A DNA stretch of 26,281 nucleotides from an uncultured Candidatus Saccharibacteria bacterium (GTDB lineage Bacteria; Patescibacteriota; Minisyncoccia; Sungbacterales; JACQCQ01). The notes below the pieces were generated by a model. The model worked only from the letters and a program-made list of their open reading frames with translations. It had not been told where the DNA came from and made no database searches. Both the position numbers and the translations under genes were made by a program. The DNA lies in assembly GCA_964579195.1 (NCBI GenBank), contig CAZOFN010000001.1, forward strand, positions 1 through 26,281, read 5' to 3'. Of this stretch, positions 22,677-26,281 are shown piece after piece (position 1 is the stretch's first letter; every line of letters starts with the position of its first letter).

Positions 22677-23801
22677 ATGGAAGTGAGCTCGACTATGAAG
22701 AAAGGGGGTAAAGCAGTTTTTTTAGGAATGTCGGGAGGTGTTGACTCCTCCGTTGCCGCTGTGCTCTTGAAAAGAGAAGGCTATAACGTGAGAGGTGTTT
22801 TCATGAAAAATTGGGCCGACCCTAAGTATCCCTGCCCATGGGAAGATGACCGACGGGATGCCATGCGTGTTGCGGCAATACTCGATATTCCCTTCGAGAC
22901 GTGGAACTTCACTAAAGAGTATCGCGGCACGGTAGTGGAGTACATGATTCGCGAGTATGCAGCTGGCTGTACGCCAAACCCCGATGTCATGTGTAATCGG
23001 GAAATTAAATTTGGGTTGTTTTTGAGACGGGCCCTGAAAGAGGGTGCGGATTTTGTGGCGACCGGGCACTATGTAAAGAAAGTCCAAAGTCCAAAGTCCA
23101 AAGTCCAAAATTTGGCGATTGCAAAAGATTTAAACAAGGATCAGTCGTACTTTTTATGGACACTGACGCAAAATCAACTGCAACATAGTCTTTTTCCTAT
23201 TGGTAATTACTTGAAAAGTGAAGTTCGCCAAATCGCGCGCGAAGCCGGGTTGCCGACGGCAGAAAAGCCGGATTCGCAGGGAGTTTGTTTTGTCGGTGAA
23301 ATTGACGTGGCTGCGTTTTTGCGCGACCACATCCCAGCCAAACGAGGCTTGGTCGTTACGACAAGCGGAAAAAAAGTTGGCGAGCACGACGGCGCCATGT
23401 TTTACACTATCGGCCAGCGGCACGGGCTTGGCGTCGGCGGGGGCATTCCGTTTTACGTTGCCGCGAAGGATACGAGGACGAATACGCTCGTGGTTGCAGA
23501 GGGACCCAATGATGGAGAGCTTTTCCGTCGCGAGTTAATCGCCTCCGATTTGAATTGGATAAACGGTGAACCAAGGTTCCCGCTTCGCTGCGAGGCGCGT
23601 ATTCGCTACCGCCAGCCCCTACAAAAAGCTCGAATCATGAAGCATGAATCAGGCAGCAGGAAGCAGAAAAATTCCGTGATGCATGGTTCAAGTTTTATGA
23701 TTCATGTTGAGTTTGACAGCGAGCAGCGGGCAGTGACTCCCGGGCAGTCCGTTGTGTTTTATAAAGACGGGGTGATGCTGGGTGGCGGAATTATCTCCTA
23801 G
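22677..23801 (+). CDS. mnmA: tRNA 2-thiouridine(34) synthase MnmA (start may be 22695)
   Basis: GMSGGVDSSVAA, TPNPDVMCNREIKF, ATGHY, KDQSYFL, DSQGVCF, TIGQR and RAVTPGQ. Confidence 0.97.
   Translation: MEVSSTMKKGGKAVFLGMSGGVDSSVAAVLLKREGYNVRGVFMKNWADPKYPCPWEDDRRDAMRVAAILDIPFETWNFTKEYRGTVVEYMIREYAAGCTPNPDVMCNREIKFGLFLRRALKEGADFVATGHYVKKVQSPKSKVQNLAIAKDLNKDQSYFLWTLTQNQLQHSLFPIGNYLKSEVRQIAREAGLPTAEKPDSQGVCFVGEIDVAAFLRDHIPAKRGLVVTTSGKKVGEHDGAMFYTIGQRHGLGVGGGIPFYVAAKDTRTNTLVVAEGPNDGELFRRELIASDLNWINGEPRFPLRCEARIRYRQPLQKARIMKHESGSRKQKNSVMHGSSFMIHVEFDSEQRAVTPGQSVVFYKDGVMLGGGIIS
23079..23106 (+). repeat. Perfect (AAAGTCC)x4 heptamer repeat inside mnmA
   Basis: Encodes KVQSPKSKVQ between ATGHY and KDQSYFL. 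Confidence 0.95.
23633..23706. repeat. Degenerate inverted heptamer arrays inside mnmA
   Basis: AATCATG AAGCATG AATCAGG CAGCAGG AAGCAGA (23633-23667) and TGATGCA TGGTTCA AGTTTTA TGATTCA (23677-23704), in frame. Confidence 0.7.
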
Positions 23802-23876
23802 ATAAAGCCAGATACGGCTGGCTCCGCTACTCACAGGTTATCCATACGTTGTCCCCGAAACGGCTATTTTTGATAC

Positions 23877-23905
23877 TTGACGCGTCTTTTGCTGCGCGGT
23901 ACCTT
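23877..23905 (+). promoter_or_regulatory. sigma70 promoter of large RNA 1
   Basis: TTGACG, 17 nt, TACCTT. Confidence 0.7.
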
Positions 23906-23913
23906 TTCCCTAC

Positions 23914-24440
23914 GCAGCAGTACCTTCGATCGCTCAGTTCGCCCGGGGTAACTCGGGTGCAACAGGGCAGGAAGCAGTCGCCCAAGCAGAGTTCAGTGTT
24001 GAGAGGCTGCGAACCTCTCTCACTGAAACCTCCAGGGACGCGGTAGGTTGCCCATCTGCCGCGAGCAAACCCTGACGCACTGGGAAATGGTTCAGGCTGG
24101 GGTCAAAACCGGCCGGTTGGATTCCAGCATCGGCTGGCCAAGCCGATCAAGAACCACACCCAGGATGAATTCCCTGTCGCTCCATAAAGGTAAGAGAATG
24201 TCGCGAGATGTTCTGTGACCTTAAGTGGAGATCTCCGCAAGGAGGATACGTTCGTTCTTCGAAAGGAGAACGAAAAAAGACGAGGAGTTCGCGTATAGAG
24301 GTGAGAGACTTCCGGAATGTCTCTCGGACGGGTTAAGTGGTTGAGATAAGTGATCTGTTGAGATGTGGGGAGGCATCCACGCATTAAGATAGGTCGCGAG
24401 TCGCAACTAGCGAAACCGTAATCTGTCCCAGGGCTGCTGC
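23914..24440 (+). ncRNA. Large ornate structured RNA 1, ROOL-like
   Basis: Closed by GCAGCAG (23914-23920)/CTGCTGC (24434-24440), with more than 10 stems and GNRA loops (GTAA, GCGA, GCAA, GAAA) and no ORF. Segments CTCAGTTCGC, GGGGTCAAAA...TTGGATTCCAGC, TGTCGCTC..AAAGGT, TGTGACCTTAA, GGTTAAGTGGTTGAGA and GCGAAACCGTAATCTG match my recollection of ROOL in order; not checked by search. Confidence 0.72.
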
Positions 24441-24508
24441 TCTCCGAAACTCACTGGTCGAAGCTCGACCAGATACGTTCTAAGCCCTTCCTGGCGATGC
24501 CGGAAGGC

Positions 24509-24544
24509 CGCCTGGTGGTAACCCCGCCAGGCGTCTTCGTTTTT
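24509..24544 (+). terminator. Intrinsic terminator of RNA 1
   Basis: CGCCTGG.../...CCAGGCG stem followed by TCTTCGTTTTT. Confidence 0.7.
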
Positions 24545-24561
24545 AGGGAGACTTTTTATAC

Positions 24562-24589
24562 TTGACGGTTGTTTGTTATTTGGTACGAT
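24562..24589 (+). promoter_or_regulatory. sigma70 promoter of large RNA 2
   Basis: TTGACG, 16 nt, extended -10 TG-G-TACGAT. Shares ATACTTGACG with the RNA 1 promoter. Confidence 0.7.
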
Positions 24590-24595
24590 GCCATT

Positions 24596-25196
24596 ACTAT
24601 CGGAAGTACCGGTTTACAAAACGTCGTGTGGCCTCACGGTCACACATCAATGGTGGCGGCGGGTTAACACGCGCATGTGGCGTCAGACGCGGGCATGTGC
24701 AACGTGCGGTTCGAGCGCGTGTGCTCTACCTCCAACTCGCCGCCACCTCGTAGTTCTCTCAAAACGAATCTGACCGCGTGCCTCGGCGAAAGGTATCCCT
24801 AGTAGCCAAAGGCGCACGGCAGCAGGCAGGTAGCACGGCGTGGCGCCGTCGCGGGCCCTCGAAGAGGCGCGGGCAAGACCCCGAGTGTCCCCGCGCGTGA
24901 GAAACCGCCCCGATACCATGTTCGAAATGGGACTCACTCTGGCTAAGAGTCGCGGAGCCCATCCCTCCAGCGCGAGGGGGCGTCGCTCTCTAGACGACCC
25001 ACGTTCTCGCTCAGACGCCAGGGGTTTGGCCGAGGCTTGAGCCCTCCTCGGCACGCCAGGATGGGGGCAAGCACGACGACATCACGTCACACCGTGTTCG
25101 ACTGTACCGTTGTACCGTGTTCGTGGAGTGGGCCGTTCGCCACGCGCCCCACGTCCGGCTCTCTGCCTGCTCGTCTCTCGCCAGTACGGCTGGCAC
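24596..25196 (+). ncRNA. Large GC-rich structured RNA 2, family unassigned (weak GOLLD-like motifs)
   Basis: 14-bp stem 24652-24665/24734-24747, long-range AGCAGGCAG/CTGCCTGCT (24821-24829/25163-25171) and many nested hairpins. No credible ORF; bounded by a promoter and terminator. Confidence 0.65.
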
Positions 25197-25231
25197 CGCC
25201 CGTTCCTTCGGAACGGGCGTTCGACTTTTTT
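25197..25231 (+). terminator. Intrinsic terminator of RNA 2
   Basis: CGCCCGTTCC-TTC-GGAACGGGCG followed by TTCGACTTTTTT. Confidence 0.8.
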
Positions 25232-25270
25232 GGACAGCAAGAGAAGTTTTTGTTTGAATAACCGAGAGCC

Positions 25271-26281
25271 ATGAATGCGAATGAAATACGGAAAAAGTTT
25301 CTCGATTTTTGGGAGAAGCGCGGCCACGCCATTATTCCGTCGGCATCGCTTGTGCCGGAGGGTGATATTACTACGCTCTTTACCGGTTCCGGCATGCAGC
25401 CCCTCATCAAATATCTCTTGGGCGAGGCGCATCCAAAGGGAGTGCGTCTCGCAAATTCGCAAAAAAGTTTTCGTGCCGAGGACATTGACGAAGTGGGAGA
25501 CAACCGCCATACCACGTTTTTTGAAATGCTCGGAAACTGGTCTTTGGGAGATTACTTCAAAGAAGAGCAGCTTTCGTGGTTCTTTGAGTTTCTTACCGAC
25601 GAGGTTGGGCTTGACCCTCAAAAGCTCTACGTGACGGTATTTGCCGGAGATCCGGGGAATAACGTTCCCCGCGATGACGAGTCGGTCGCTATCTGGAAAC
25701 GGCTCTTTCAGGAGAAAGGGATAGAAGCGAAAGATGTCGAGCTGATTACCGAAGAGCGGGGAGGTGAGCTCGGCATGCAAAGCGGCCGCATTTTTTATTA
25801 TCAAAACAAAAACTGGTGGAGCCGCGCGGGGGCGCCAGCCAGCATGCCGCCGCACGAACCCGGCGGTCCGGATTCCGAAGTTTTTTATGAATTTACTGAT
25901 GTCCCGCACGATTCGAAGTTCGGCAAATTTTGCCATCCTAATTGCGACTGCGGCCGCTTTATGGAGATTGGGAACTCCGTTTTTATGGAATATGTAAAAA
26001 AAGAGGATGGCACATTTGAAAAGTTAGCGCAGCAGAATGTGGATTTTGGCGGGGGGCTTGAGCGGATCGCGGCTGCTTCTCGCGACGATCCTGATATGTT
26101 CAATATCGATCTTCTGAGACCACTTATGGAAGTATTACACTTTACTGATACCAATCGAAGGCACAAACGTATCATTGTCGACCATACCAGAGCGTCAGCA
26201 TTTCTTCTGGCCGATGGCGTACGTCCTTCTAATAAGGGAGCGGGGTATATTTTACGTCGTCTAATGCGACGCATTTTTACC
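25271..26281 (+). CDS. alaS: Alanine--tRNA ligase, N-terminal part (runs off the window, so absent from the ORF track)
   Basis: Hand translation from ATG 25271: MNANEIRKKFLDFWEKRGH...TTLFTGSGMQPL...RHTTFFEMLGNWSLGDYFK, later NVDFGGGLERI and PSNKGAGYILRRLMRR. Confidence 0.97.
   Translation, partial: MNANEIRKKFLDFWEKRGHAIIPSASLVPEGDITTLFTGSGMQPLIKYLLGEAHPKGVRLANSQKSFRAEDIDEVGDNRHTTFFEMLGNWSLGDYFKEEQLSWFFEFLTDEVGLDPQKLYVTVFAGDPGNNVPRDDESVAIWKRLFQEKGIEAKDVELITEERGGELGMQSGRIFYYQNKNWWSRAGAPASMPPHEPGGPDSEVFYEFTDVPHDSKFGKFCHPNCDCGRFMEIGNSVFMEYVKKEDGTFEKLAQQNVDFGGGLERIAAASRDDPDMFNIDLLRPLMEVLHFTDTNRRHKRIIVDHTRASAFLLADGVRPSNKGAGYILRRLMRRIFT

Noticed and set aside
23838-23846. DnaA box / replication origin (TTATCCATA)
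   Set aside because: A single one-mismatch box, with no cluster or AT-rich unwinding element.
23961-23985. SRP RNA (CAGG...GGAAGCAG motif)
   Set aside because: The stem and tetraloop required between CAGG and AGCAG are missing, and the motif is embedded in a much larger structure.
23914-25196. Group II intron, RNase P RNA or tmRNA
   Set aside because: I found no domain V/VI signature, no GAGGAAAGUCC-type P4 motif and no tRNA-like ends, and no interrupted host gene; each unit has its own promoter and terminator.
24103-25261. Short ORFs on both strands in the RNA region
   Set aside because: Overlapping, low-complexity Arg/Ala/Pro-rich translations typical of GC-rich structured RNA, with no protein motifs.
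25082-25936. 284-aa minus-strand ORF
   Set aside because: Antisense shadow of alaS, which is clearly encoded on the + strand.

Overview
Housekeeping backbone with one accessory island and two large non-coding units. The gene content and repeat style suggest a Patescibacteria/CPR (Parcubacteria-like) chromosome; this is inference. Backbone: membrane/TPR protein (5'-truncated), murJ, lepA, FtsB/DivIC-like, miaA, a Kazal+cupredoxin protein, thrS, dnaE, rnhB, mnmA and alaS (3'-truncated). Four things stand out. (1) 15643-22206 is an array of five accessory units directly after a decayed tRNA locus: hicBA, a structured RNA, lycopene-cyclase-like plus tautomerase/pseudo-receiver genes, an XRE-thioredoxin-CcdA-DipZ operon, and a second hicBA. 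Each unit ends in the same 23-nt site, TTCTAAAGTCGTTCAACAACCGC. Its minus strand encodes a conserved orphan protein C-terminus ((RLL)NDFR[TN]...[FL]P[SN][FLI]), which suggests stacked att-site scars or cassettes of a tRNA-targeting recombinase that is not in the window. (2) 23877-25231 holds two tandem ~600-nt highly structured non-coding transcription units, each with a promoter and terminator. The first resembles ROOL; the second is unassigned and weakly GOLLD-like. (3) An intact tRNA-Ile(GAT) lies between inverted repeats inside the anticodon loop of a degenerate tRNA-Ile. (4) A Thr5 leader-peptide attenuator precedes thrS. Family assignments come from motif recognition only; no searches were run.
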